Assembly: GCA_022605425.2 (NCBI GenBank)
Contig: CM061252.1
Span: 434,001-498,000 of the forward strand
Source of the DNA: Hamiltosporidium tvaerminnensis FI-OER-3-3
Taxonomy: Eukaryota; Fungi; Microsporidia
DNA length: 64,000 bases
Direction of reading: 5' to 3'
Shown here: piece after piece, positions 37,717 to 49,200 of the stretch
Numbering within the stretch: the stretch's first letter is position 1
Layout of the letters: each line of letters begins with the position of its first letter
Notes under the pieces: generated by a model
Told to the model about the DNA's origin: nothing
Seen by the model: the letters and a program-made list of their open reading frames with translations, nothing else
The model's database searches: none
Position numbers and translations under genes: made by a program

Positions 37717-39876
37717 TTACTTGACAATCTTAATAAATGATTTACGTTTTGCATTCAAACCTTCTAAATTAATACTTGATTTCATAGAATTAGTATAAAC
37801 TCTTTTATTCCATCCAAAATATTCGTTATATTTTTTTTGTTCAACTGATACATCGAAAGAGTCAAATTTTTCTTTTTGATATTTTTTAAGAATAAAATTT
37901 TCAGGATCATCGATTTCTTTACAATTCCAAATTCTAAAAATATAAATTTTTAAATTTTCTTTAAGTGTATTAAGCATACACCAGGTAGTAAATTCATCTG
38001 TTTCCATTTCCAAACTCTGTCTAACATTTATTTCATCTTTTTTATTTACTCTTTCTAGAATAGATTGTATTAAAATTTCCAAAGCTTCTTCGTATTTGCT
38101 TTCATAATATACCACACGCATTTTAGATAATACCATTTGTTTGTCTTTTCTTCCACAGGAAAGAAAGTTATTCTTTAAAACGATAAAAAATATTTTTGTG
38201 CACAAAACATTGAAACATGGAATTGTTGAAATCCGAGAAAGAATAGAAATAAAATCAATATCGATTCTAACAATTGGTGAGCAAAATTTTGTTTTTGTTT
38301 CGAAGTAAAATAAAATCCGATCTAAAATCATTTTTTGAAATCTCCTTGTATAAATTGTCATCAGACTGTTTCTTTCATAAAATTCAAATTGAAAAGCTTT
38401 TTTCATAAAAAAACATAAAACATCTGAAATTGAAAAACAAGCAAGAAAAAAAAGATTTAAATATTCTAAAATTGCCGAATAATTAAAATATTCAAGATCT
38501 TTGACAATCTCAGAACCTTTCAATGTAAATTCGTTTTTTAAAGAATTTTCTGTTTCTTGCTCGTAAAGATATTTTAAAAGGTAAAAAAAGCTTCGAGCCA
38601 ATCTCAATGGATTGGAATTGCTGATGTAATCTTCTTTTACAAGAAGACTGGAATGCTTTAAAAGAATATGTAATTGACTTTGATATGTTACACTCGGTAT
38701 ATTCTGTATTTCTTCAAGTGAATAGTTTATTGCTTTCACTTTTTCTATTTCTTCCATAAAAATTTGATTCGACTCGATAACAATGTGTGGATGCGTTGCT
38801 TTTTGTAAATTTGTCAATAAAATATCATTTATTAAATCCAACTTAAGTCGGCTACTATAATCCAAAACCAAATATATAAAACAAGAAGAATTCAATATAT
38901 TACATGCTCTAGCCATATAACTTAGTATTTCATTTCTTTCTGAAATATTTAATTTGTCTTTTTTAAACAAACAGTTTACAATATTTTGGTATTTTTCACG
39001 ATAATTTGCTATAAAAAAATCTTTTGTAATTATAATTGCAGAAAGAAATTTTAAAAAATATAAATCATTATTTACATCGCTTTTAGAAGGAACACATCCA
39101 GCTGATTGATAATCAAAAGAAATTTCAGAAGTAGAACTCTCTGAAGATTCTGAACTTTCTTCAGAATTATAATCATATTCAATTATATCTTCAGATTGTT
39201 TATATTTTTCTTCATAAGATGAAGATTTCGAATAATTAGAACCAGAATGTGATAAAGTATGTATTGTTGGTGTTATAGAATCTCCATATTTTTCAGAATT
39301 ATTTTCACTATTTAAATACTGATTTACATCTGTATAATCTTCTCCCGTATTTTTAATAGTTAATGGTTCGTTTTGGTCACTGCAAAAATCTATTTCATTA
39401 TATTTAGCTTTTATTTCTATATTTTCCAATTCTCTCGTTATAATACGAATAATCATATTTATATATTTTTCACTTTTATATGTTTTGAGTTGTAAAGTTT
39501 TAAAAAAATACTCAAAAAGGTTAAGAAATTCGTGTGAATACACAACTTGGCTAGTTTTAGTGCTTTTGATTTGTAAAATCTCTCCAAAAATGATAAGAAA
39601 TATTTTTAAAATTTCTGTTTCAAAATATATAGAATATTCAGACAATTCCTCTATAACAGAAGTAATAATTTTACAAGTTATTTTTACAGATTGTGAAATT
39701 TCAAATTCTTTTCTACATTTTTCTTTTAAATACGAAAATACTTTTTTAATTCTTTCTGGTTTTGATTTTATGTAATGAATTAACAAAGAAATCTTTTGAT
39801 CGTCTCCTTCTTCTTTATAATAGATTTGTTTTATTATAGATTGATATTTTGGTGTCAACGAAAAAGGAGCAAACAT
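37717..39876 (-). CDS. EFR3-like armadillo/helical-repeat protein (plasma-membrane PI4-kinase scaffold), divergent
   Basis: 719-aa ORF. The N-terminus PKYQSIIKQIY...ISLLIHYIKSKPERIKKVFSYLKEK resembles the conserved EFR3 N-terminus (P.Y..LV..IF...L..Y..S.PEKL..IG.YL..R). CCCC lies upstream of the ATG. Confidence 0.6.
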   Translation of the reverse strand: MFAPFSLTPKYQSIIKQIYYKEEGDDQKISLLIHYIKSKPERIKKVFSYLKEKCRKEFEISQSVKITCKIITSVIEELSEYSIYFETEILKIFLIIFGEILQIKSTKTSQVVYSHEFLNLFEYFFKTLQLKTYKSEKYINMIIRIITRELENIEIKAKYNEIDFCSDQNEPLTIKNTGEDYTDVNQYLNSENNSEKYGDSITPTIHTLSHSGSNYSKSSSYEEKYKQSEDIIEYDYNSEESSESSESSTSEISFDYQSAGCVPSKSDVNNDLYFLKFLSAIIITKDFFIANYREKYQNIVNCLFKKDKLNISERNEILSYMARACNILNSSCFIYLVLDYSSRLKLDLINDILLTNLQKATHPHIVIESNQIFMEEIEKVKAINYSLEEIQNIPSVTYQSQLHILLKHSSLLVKEDYISNSNPLRLARSFFYLLKYLYEQETENSLKNEFTLKGSEIVKDLEYFNYSAILEYLNLFFLACFSISDVLCFFMKKAFQFEFYERNSLMTIYTRRFQKMILDRILFYFETKTKFCSPIVRIDIDFISILSRISTIPCFNVLCTKIFFIVLKNNFLSCGRKDKQMVLSKMRVVYYESKYEEALEILIQSILERVNKKDEINVRQSLEMETDEFTTWCMLNTLKENLKIYIFRIWNCKEIDDPENFILKKYQKEKFDSFDVSVEQKKYNEYFGWNKRVYTNSMKSSINLEGLNAKRKSFIKIVK

Positions 39877-40364
39877 ATTTGAGGGGAAATAATTTAATTT
39901 AAATTATTTTAAGCTGTAAAAAAAATATATTTTTTTTTTAATTCGTCTGCCTGTAATGATGTATTTTTTATAGAAAATTTAAGTCGCTTTTTTTAGTCTT
40001 TTTGGTTTAAACGAAATGATGTTTGTATTTTTTTCAATCAAACCTTATTCTTCAGTTCTTGAAAAGATCTATTTAAAAACTAAGAATTTAATTATACATT
40101 TATTAGAAACTCATTTTTTTGGCTGATTTGTTCTGAAATTCAGAATTTAATTTAAACTTTTTTTTAAAGATTTTTAGTCTGGTTTCTACTTTCCCACCAA
40201 TAGAATTTTTTACATTTTAAAATACCAAAAAAATTAAATAATTTTTAAAGTTTAGTTTTGTCAAAATTGAAAAAAATTCGAATTCATAATTTGAATGCAT
40301 TTTTAAACACCTCATATCCCTTAAATTGATAAAAAAAAAAGATAAAATTTAATCTTAAAAATGT

Positions 40365-40535
40365 ATAAAAATCTATAAAAAATCTATAAAAAATCTATAA
40401 AAAAAATATAAAAAGAGATAAAAATCTATAAAAAATCTATAAAAAATCTATAAAAAAAATATAAAAAGAGATAAAAATCTATAAAAAATCTATAAAAAAT
40501 CTATAAAAAAAATATAAAAAGAAAAAAAGAGATAA
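40365..40535. repeat. A-rich compound tandem repeat
   Basis: About three copies of a ~55-bp unit built from AAAAATCTATAA subunits plus AAAAAATATAAAAAGAGATA. Confidence 0.85.
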
Positions 40536-41850
40536 AAATTTAATCTAAAAACTTTTAAAAAATATATTTTGCATTTAAAAACAACGTTTGTATTTTTTTA
40601 ATTTATGTGTAGAAACGTATTTGAATTGTGCAAAACATAGATGAATAATACTTTTTAGTCAAGAGAATATGCTTTGATATAAGGCTTGTAAATGATATTG
40701 CTAAACAAAATAATTTAAATAAACAGATAACCGAATTTTTATTTTAAGGAAATAAATTAAATTTGAATATTTTTTTATTTAAAAATAATTGGTGTGTTAA
40801 GAAATTAACTCATAATGAAATATGAGAATATAAAGCAAAAGAAGAAAAACATAGATCTATCAGTTTACAACCAACCTATATTTTTTGAAATTGATATACG
40901 CTGTAAATAATCCTAAAAATATATATTTAATTGAATAAGAGAAGGTTTTTAGAAAGAATCAAAATCAATTATCAAAATATAAACTTTCTCTAAATATATT
41001 GAACTAAATTTCTAAATTAGTTGAAAATATTGTTTCAATAAAATGATTTTTGGTCTCGATTACTAAATCAGATGTGGTGACACGTGTTTATCAGGCAACA
41101 GATATATACTAAAATGCCCAAATAAGTGTTCAAAATTTTATATTGATTTTTTTTATAAATTACTTTGACTATTAATCTTTTTTCTCCATATTGAAATAGT
41201 AATTTAGATTAAACTACCAATTAAATTTTGATTTGGGCTAAATTCTGATATTTCTTGAAGATATACTAAAAAAGTTAAAAAATACGCGTATAAAAAACGA
41301 TATTTTAATTTAATAATTAGGATTTTATTTTTTATCTTAATACGCATTCACTGTGTTTAAACGTAGTATTATAGAGGCACCAATTGTGTAGATGTAATAT
41401 TTTCGAATAAACTTGACTTTTTTATTTAAATTTATTTTATTCTTTATACTCCTCAACAAAGGAGGTACAAGAGGTCTGGAATTGCTAAGTAAGTAATTCT
41501 TTATAATATAATTCTCATTTTTTTAAATTAAAAAGCATATATTCTTGAATTAATTACATCGTTGAACTGTTCAGACTCTGTATTTAAACTTGAATTTATT
41601 TTTTCTAAACATATCGACTGAACGGCGGGCTGTATGGAAAAATGAATTATTCTCATAACCATTAACTTTTGAATTCTGATGAAAATTTTCTAAATTTATC
41701 AATAGTTTGTTTGATAAAAATCAAAATTTTAAAGTTTAATTCAAGTAGAAAATTTCGGAATGCTTCATATGATATACAAACCCATATAATAATAACGCTT
41801 TTTGAATTATTTTTGTTTCCATAATATTTAAGAGTTATAATTTTTGTTGA

Positions 41851-42085
41851 TTCCTTACTATGCCATGAGTAGAATTGGCTTGGAGTATTCTCTGCTTGTC
41901 GTAAGAGGCGAATAAAAGAGACTAGTCCTTGATGTTGGAGTTAGGTGTAAGGGTAACAATCCACGCGTTAAAATCACTTTGTTACAAAACCAGAAAGTAA
42001 ACAAATCAACTGAAATAAGACCTGTGAGCGGTATTACAGAGAGCGGCCAAGGCTCGTACAGGGCTGTGGTATCAAGGATGAGTGA
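41851..42085 (+). mobile_element. ~235-bp non-autonomous bipartite RTE-derived (SINE-like) element, copy 1
   Basis: 5' motif AGAATTGGC...CTGCTTGTCGTAAGAGGCGAATAAAAG and a TAACAA-box segment resemble RTE 5' UTRs. The 3' GGCCAAGGCTCGTACAGGGCTGTGG resembles RTE 3' ends. Homologous to 45234-45476. Confidence 0.72.
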
Positions 42086-42326
42086 ATCATACATAAAAGA
42101 CATTAAAAACAATTAAATGAAATGATTAAAAAGATAGAAAAACAATGCAAAATGATTCAAAATACAAATAAATTTTACAGTTGAGCCAAATCAAAATTTT
42201 TTTTAGATTGTTTTATAGATTGTTTTGTTGTTATTTTTTGTCTTTTTTTTAATTTAAGTTTTTTTTTGAAATTTTTCGCAATTTAAAAAATGAAAAAAAC
42301 GATGGAAGAATTAATTTAATATTTCT

Positions 42327-42737
42327 TCAAATTATAGTGCAAGGTTGAGCTTGCCTAAAATATATTTCCCTGCCTTTAGCAGCGTCTCTTTCAATTTCTT
42401 TGCGTGTTCTTTTAACTTGAACAGAGGATTTTTTACGACGTTTATATTTAACATAATCTTCTAGATCAGAAAAATCTAATATACTAGAGCAAATTGAGTC
42501 TAGACTAACAGCAGATTGAGATTTTTGCGAAGAAATTCCCGAGCTTTTGTTCGGATCCACGCTAACCTCAGATCTTGTCTTTTCTTGACTTGAACTTGCT
42601 TGGGTTCCTTGGTCAGATGCTCTCCTATTTTTTCCTTGCTGATCTCTCACAATTCTTTGAATTTCTCTAGTATCATCTTCATTCGGTGTCGCTAATAAAA
42701 AAGGTATCATTGTTACAAAGCCCCATAAAATATTCAT
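42327..42737 (-). CDS. Small putative secreted protein (136 aa) with a basic NLS-like motif
   Basis: Signal-peptide-like MNILWGFVTMIPFLLA, a Ser/Gln-rich middle and KYKRRKK. More GC-rich than its flanks. Confidence 0.65.
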   Translation of the reverse strand: MNILWGFVTMIPFLLATPNEDDTREIQRIVRDQQGKNRRASDQGTQASSSQEKTRSEVSVDPNKSSGISSQKSQSAVSLDSICSSILDFSDLEDYVKYKRRKKSSVQVKRTRKEIERDAAKGREIYFRQAQPCTII

Positions 42738-43527
42738 TTTTAGAAGAATTTTATAGAATTAAATACTTTTAAATTGATTATAAATTTTAAATTTTTGATT
42801 TATTTACAAAAAAATATAATTGAAATATTTTTAAAGGTAAATATATTTCTGAAAAATCAAAAACAATGATCATTTATGTCGAAAATATCAATTTTATTGA
42901 AAATTACTGATTTTGAGACATAAATTACAAATATAAATGATCATGATATCAATTTAGATTAGAATGACATTTTATCATATCAGTCGTGTCAAATACATAA
43001 CTCTTAATCCATTTAATTTTTTCGTTTTTTTGATTACTCGTTAAAAAAATATTTTATTCTCAAAAAAAGTTGTTTTTACATAAAAAAATGTTTTTAAATT
43101 CTAGAACATTTTTTTTACGAAAGTAGAGAAAATAACATTTTTTTAAAAAATAATTTTTATTTAATGATTCAAATAAACGCAAAAACAGTTAAAATATATA
43201 TTTAAGAAATTAAAAAGTTGTTATCTTTATTCGTATAAAGCAGTTTAATTATCTTTTCTTAGCCTTTTTTGTTGATTATTGTGTTATAGTATTTTCTCAT
43301 TGAAAAAAAAATTTAAGAAAATTTGAATTAAAGTATTTTATTATTATTATTTCCATTTCAAAACAAGTCTTTAAACCGAATGAATTCGTTATGTCATTAT
43401 ATACTACTTTCTGATAGAAAAAAAATTGAATTTTTTATGAATTTTTTATTGGTAAATATCTATACGCAAGAATAAAATATTGCTTATAGAATTTTAAATA
43501 AAAATTTATATTTAAATAAAAATTTAT

Positions 43528-44271
43528 AGTGGAGGGAGGATAACCACATAAAAAACTATCTTCTTAGCAATGAGTGTGTTAAATTGTTGTGAAAATCGTT
43601 ATTTCGATTTTTCAAGTGTATAAAACTACACCAAATCTTCGGTTGTTCAATGAGAGTTGTTATGAGGAGGAGAGGTCTAAGAAATGGAGAAACTTTTTCT
43701 ACAAATTTATTTGTAGTTTTTTATGTAACCAGATTGCAGACCCCAGCTGAACATGTAGGTAATTGCCATGTAAAAGCATGGAAACCTAGCCTTGCTCACT
43801 CGGGTTAGAAGACTTAACGCCTGGGAGATATAAAACAAAAAACATTTAAAGCCGGGAAAGCTAAGTAGCAGGTTATACCTGTTGGTATGACATTGCACTG
43901 TCTAGGTGGACCCCATGTAAATCTCTGAAATATATCTTAGCTAGAAGTTTATTGGGTTCAGAAAGTGTAGAGTAAGTGGGAAGGCTGCATAGTCTTGGGG
44001 AGACACAGAGGGGCTTCGGCCTTCGATCAAACTCCATGCAACGGACATTAACTAATTCCGGGCAACTGCATCGCCTATTAATTAGGTTCTACACACCTGG
44101 TAGATGAAAGGCTTTGGGACGTAGGTATCGCAGGGGTTACTGATGGAGTTTTGGGGTAGCAGTTATTTAAAACCTAGACTGCGTTAATGTCATTAAAACA
44201 AATATAACACTTGCCACTGTTTTAAAAAAGATGTGATACTTTTAAATAAAGTTGAAATGGTTTAAATAAAT
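43528..44271 (+). mobile_element. ~740-bp non-coding retroposon, copy B
   Basis: Reverse complement of copies A, C and D. Starts AGTGGAGGGAGGATAACCAC and ends TTTTAAATAAAG...TTTAAATAAAT. Flanking direct repeat AAAAATTTAT at 43518-43527 and 44272-44281. Confidence 0.88.
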
Positions 44272-45233
44272 AAAAATTTATATTTAATTAAAATATAAAT
44301 ATAAAAAAATACTTATTAGATTTTCTTTTAGGTGAATTTATTCATAATTATGAGAAAAAAATTATAAAGAAATGAAGCATTTTGAAATTCTTATTCGATA
44401 TTATAAAAACATAAATAAAAGTTTGAGATTTCTAAATAAACTGTAAAAAATAAGGTTAACAAACAACAAGAAATTAAAATAAAAACAGAAAATAAAACAT
44501 GACAATGTATTTCTATAAAAATAAATTACATTTTTTTATTTTATTTCCTATGAAAATGTTTTTGATTTAGTTTATAGTATTTTTTTACCTATTTATTCAT
44601 ATTCTCTTTGACTTTTTGGTGTAGAAGATGAAAGATAATACAACAAAGTAATGTTTCGCTGGTCAATGCCCTATAACTTTCCCGAGTCTATTCCATATTC
44701 ACAAAAAGGCATTTTAAAGAGTAAAAATGATTCTATATCACAAGATTTGCGTTTTATCTTTCAATTTTCGTACTTTTTTTATAAGCCTTGGCCTGTTTTT
44801 TATGCCTGGTCTTGTATTTTTGAGGCATTTACTTTATTTTTACATTTGTTTCTGACTCTATTATAAGTCAGAATCATAACAGATTATCACATGAATCTAG
44901 TGTGGTTTCATTTAACAAATCCAAATAATAATGTTCACATCCAATTTATATACTCATTAGAAAGCAGATGGTTGTGTAATGTAGATTATCCTCTCTCTTT
45001 ATTAGTAGTTACTTCACAATAAATAATTAGTAATCTAGATATTAGCAGAAAAACGAACTTTAACTATAAAAATCTAAACCCTTCAAGAAAATCGCGTTTT
45101 TTCATGTAAAAATCCTAGTATTTATTTTTTAAAGCAAGAAATAAACATATTTAATATTTTTCACAGATAAAAAAATTATTTTGCCTTTTATTATCAGTAA
45201 TTGTATTAAACCTTATTTCTATAATAAGATATT

Positions 45234-45476
45234 TTTTTATTTATCCCCGGCCCTACATCTCTGCACGAGCCTTTGATTTCCTCATTAATGCTGTCCACGG
45301 GTCTTTTTCTAGTGGGGCGTTTATTTTTTTTTGGTTTCGTAACAAAGTGGTTTTAAAAGGTGGGTTGTTAGTCCTACGCTCAACCCAGACAGGAAAACCA
45401 ATCCCTTTTAATTGCCTTTTTCGACAAGCAGGAAATACACCAAGCCAATTCTGCTCCCGGCATGATGGGGAACACC
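45234..45476 (-). mobile_element. Bipartite RTE-derived element, copy 2
   Basis: Minus strand reads GGTGTTCCCC...AGAATTGGCTTGG...CCTGCTTGTCGAAAAAGGCAATTAAAAGGGA...GGGTTGAGCGTAGGACTAACAACCCACC...AAGGCTCGTGCAGAGATGTAGGGCC plus an A-rich tail. Flanked by AAGATATT at 45226-45233 and 45477-45484. Confidence 0.78.
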
Positions 45477-46914
45477 AAGATATTAAATATATTAAGTTAC
45501 TCGTTGATCTGATTATAAATATACTTATAATATCATAAAGAAATAAAAGTCCTGATAATAACGCCCTGGTTTTTATCAAACCCGTTCGTTACTTAGTTAG
45601 TCCTAATTTTTTCTACAGTTTGGTATTGAAAGTCACAAGAGTTTGGAGAAATTTGAAAATGTTGTTTTAATTCTTTACTTTTAGGTGTCTAATATATGAG
45701 TTTATATGGGTCTAAATGATAATTCAGTTATTATTTTACAAGATTAAATAATATTTTTATTGCTTTCATTTTAGCGATGTGAAAGAAATTACGTGGCAAA
45801 AAGAAGGCAGAAATTATATTGTGTGTAAACTATATTAAAAATTATATCTATAATAATGTCGATAAAGAGGATAACATTTTGAAGTAATCACCTATACTTT
45901 TTTATTAAACATTCTATATATCTAGGCTATAAGAAACTTACAGCCATATTTTTAGTAAAATAAATTATTTTATAATTCTTACAATATTATTTTAGAAGTT
46001 AATTAAATTTGCACTTTTATTTTCATTACATAATTTCCTTCTTCTTTATATTGAACACTTTTTCTATAGTTTTTACAATGCTTTATTTCCGTCATTCTAT
46101 CCAAACCTTAATATTTATAAATTTACCGTGTTTATGATAAAAATGATTCCTCGTCGAAATATTTATGTTCCTGAAAGTTATTTCTTCTAATTTTTTTCAT
46201 TTATTATATTATACTCTTAATTATTCCGAGCTCATATTGGAATTTGATCCTTAGCTCGATCCTCTAACTCAAGGGTCTCAGAACTTTTTTTGCTTCGGGT
46301 CAAGAACTCATTAAGTTTTGTGCCACCATACGCAAAAATATTTCTGCCATTTTAATTATTAAAATTATTAAATTAAATTTTATAGTTTCATATAAATGTT
46401 CATAAAATTAAACATGTATATTAACCATAATTCTATATAAAAATAGTCAAATAAATTACCAAATTTTATAAGAGTCTTTCGGTGCGCAATTCAATCACGT
46501 TCATAAATTTGCCTGAGGTTTTATTTTTACTTTCGATTCTACCTTTTGGTGCGAAGAAACATTCTCTAATATGAAATATACAAAAAACATTTAAAAATCT
46601 AAATTAACAGATAAACTCTTTAAATCATTACTGCTAATTTCTCTCTAGTAAATTTGACCCAGATTTCAACAAATCACCACTAAAAAATTTCAACTACATA
46701 AATCTCATTAATAATAAATTATACCATATGTTTTTTGTTCTTTCATTTTGATTTTTTCAAAAAATAATGAAAAAAATAAGGAAAACAGATTGAATCTTCT
46801 TTGGTTAACAAGTTCATGCCTACATTATCTATAATTGCAATTATTTTTGTACAATTTAACTATATTTTTTTATTTTATTTGCTCATTTAAAAAATATTAG
46901 TTAATAAAAAAAAT

Positions 46915-46963
46915 CGTTGCGGGCCAAAAAAATGTGTCGGCGGTCGTACTTTAGAGACCCCTG
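46915..46963. mobile_element. Solo terminus of a hAT (Charlie/Buster-type) element
   Basis: The reverse complement reads CAGGGGTCTCTAAAGTACG...GGCCCGC, like the CAGGGGTCTCCAAACT..GGCCCGC ends of Charlie elements. It abuts CTCTAG, the preferred target core. No partner end was seen. Confidence 0.55.
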
Positions 46964-47114
46964 CTCTAGCCATTTTAAAAAAGCAAAAAGTATTATCTAG
47001 TACTACAATCCGATTTTGAACTTGTATTCTAAATGACATTTAAAGCATATTAAGTTACATCTTATGGCATTATTACGTTTTTTTCTAATGCTATTTAAAA
47101 ATAAATTATATAAA

Positions 47115-47845
47115 CATACTTTTTTTTAAAGTATCACATCTTTTTAAAATAGTGGCAAGTGTTATAATTGTTTTTATGACATTAACACAGTTCTAGGTTA
47201 ACATAAATAACTGCTACCCCAACACATCATCGGTAACCCCTGCGATACCTACGTCCCAAAGCCTTTCATCTACCAGGTATGTAGAACCTAATTAATAGGC
47301 GAGGCAGTTGCCCGGAATTAGTTAATGTCCGTTGCATGGAGTTTGATCGAAGGCCGAAGCCCCTCTGTGTCTCCCCAAGACTATACAGCCTTCCCACTTA
47401 CTCTACACTTTCTGAACCTAATAAACTTCTAGCTAAGATATATTTCAGAAACTTACATGGGGTCCACCTAGACAGTGCAATGTCATACCAACAGGTATAA
47501 CCTGCTACTTAGCTTTCCTGGCTTTAAATGGTTTTTTGTTTTATATCTCCCAGGCGCTAAGTCTTCTAACCCGAGTGAGCAAGGCTAGGTTTCCATGCTT
47601 TTACATGGCAATTACCTACATGTTCAGCTGCGGTCTCCAATCTGGTTACATAAAAAACTACAAATAAATTTGTAGAAAAAGTTTCTCCATTTCTTAGACC
47701 TCTTCTCTTCATAACAACTCCCATTGAACAACCGAAGATTTAGTGTAGTTTTATACCTATGAGAAATCGAAATAAGGATTTTTCACAACAATTTAACATC
47801 CTCAATGCTAAGCAGATAGTTTTTTTGTGGTTATCCTCTCTCCAA
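47115..47845 (-). mobile_element. ~740-bp non-coding retroposon, copy C
   Basis: Full-length colinear match to copies A, B and D. No clean target-site duplication is visible. Confidence 0.87.
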
Positions 47846-48765
47846 CAATCTAAACTTAAACTTATAATTATTACAAACACATTGTCTAATATGCAGTATT
47901 TCCTTGGTTTTCAGTTTAAACAACTTGAAGTGAACCTTATGAAGTATTCAGACTTCTTCAAATCCTATAAAAGTAAATTTATTATCTAAAAATAAATATT
48001 TCAGTCCATTACTTCAAATTTTGACATTAATTTTTATTGTGGTGTTCCCTCTTATTTCCGCATACTTATTTCAAGTAATTTTTGATTGTATGGATAATAA
48101 TCCAGCTTGTCATTGATATATATTATTTAATGGATAAATGTTGCTTTTTTTTGTTGAACAATCATTTTATTTCCATAATTCTTATATCTGTAAATACCAT
48201 TATCGATACATTTCCCAGGTATCAAACCTTATATTTTAAGAATTCTTATATCTGTAAATACTATTATCGATACATTCCCTTGATAATTCCATTCTTCTAT
48301 TCTTTAAACACTATTATCAATACTGTATTTAAAAAATAAATAATTCTTTAGTTTATTTACTTTAAACTTATTAAACATTTCCATTCTTAAATTATTGACA
48401 TATTTTCTATTCTTAAACACATACACAAATTATTAATTTAATGAATCAATTAAAAACAATCCTATATCACAGTACGTATAATTATAAGAAATATACTTAC
48501 AATCTATACAAACATATCCCATTACATAATACTTTACACTATTTTTTGTCTTATTTCGTAAAAAACCAATCATTAATAATTTTTGAAACTTTATGTTTCA
48601 AAACAGATTAAATACAAACATTATTTTTACCATTTAAATATTATAAAAACCCAAATAAGGAAATATAAAAGATTTCGAAACAAAATAAAAAATAATCTGA
48701 ATCAATAATTTTGAGTTTCAGAAATATTTTAAAAACAAATATTTGCATAAACAGCAACAAAAAAA

Positions 48766-49200
48766 ATGTGTGAAGAAGAAATCGACCAAGAAAGAATATT
48801 GAAAAACAAGAGTGTATACGTATTACACTGTAGTGACTGTAATGCTGTTTTGTGCAAACGTGGAATGCGAGCCATGCTGCTGGCAGATATCAATGTACAG
48901 CTATTTTCTACTGACAGACCACTAGACACAGTACAACTTGCCAGTAGAGATTATTTTACACTCAGCTGCAGATGTATGATAAGAGATGTTGCATGTTATA
49001 TGTGTGGTAATATCGTAGGCTATCATGTAAGTCAACCCTGTAAAAAATGCCTCAATTCAAGAAATAATGGACATTTATGGATTTTTGATATGGAAAAAAT
49101 TGCATGGAGAAAAAGATGTTCCATACAAGGTTCTATATTAAGATGGAATGTTTTATGTCCTTATGAAATAGAAAATGAAGATGAAATTGTTATCAGATGA
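48766..49200 (+). CDS. FAM72: FAM72 family protein
   Basis: Diagnostic motifs C..C...L..RGMRAMLLAD....LFSTD.P, C.C...D.AC..CGNIVGYHV..PC..CL.S.NNGHLW.F. Confidence 0.93.
   Translation: MCEEEIDQERILKNKSVYVLHCSDCNAVLCKRGMRAMLLADINVQLFSTDRPLDTVQLASRDYFTLSCRCMIRDVACYMCGNIVGYHVSQPCKKCLNSRNNGHLWIFDMEKIAWRKRCSIQGSILRWNVLCPYEIENEDEIVIR

Noticed and set aside
44130-44230. Hammerhead or twister core in the 740-nt element (CTGATGG; TAACACTTGCC with 5' GTGGAGGG)
   Set aside because: CTGA is CCGA in copies C and D and no matching GAAA core follows. The twister GGUNNNAAGCC segment is absent.
43528-47845. Composite transposon formed by inverted copies B and C
   Set aside because: Copy B has its own TSD, indicating independent insertion, and the enclosed DNA has no transposase.
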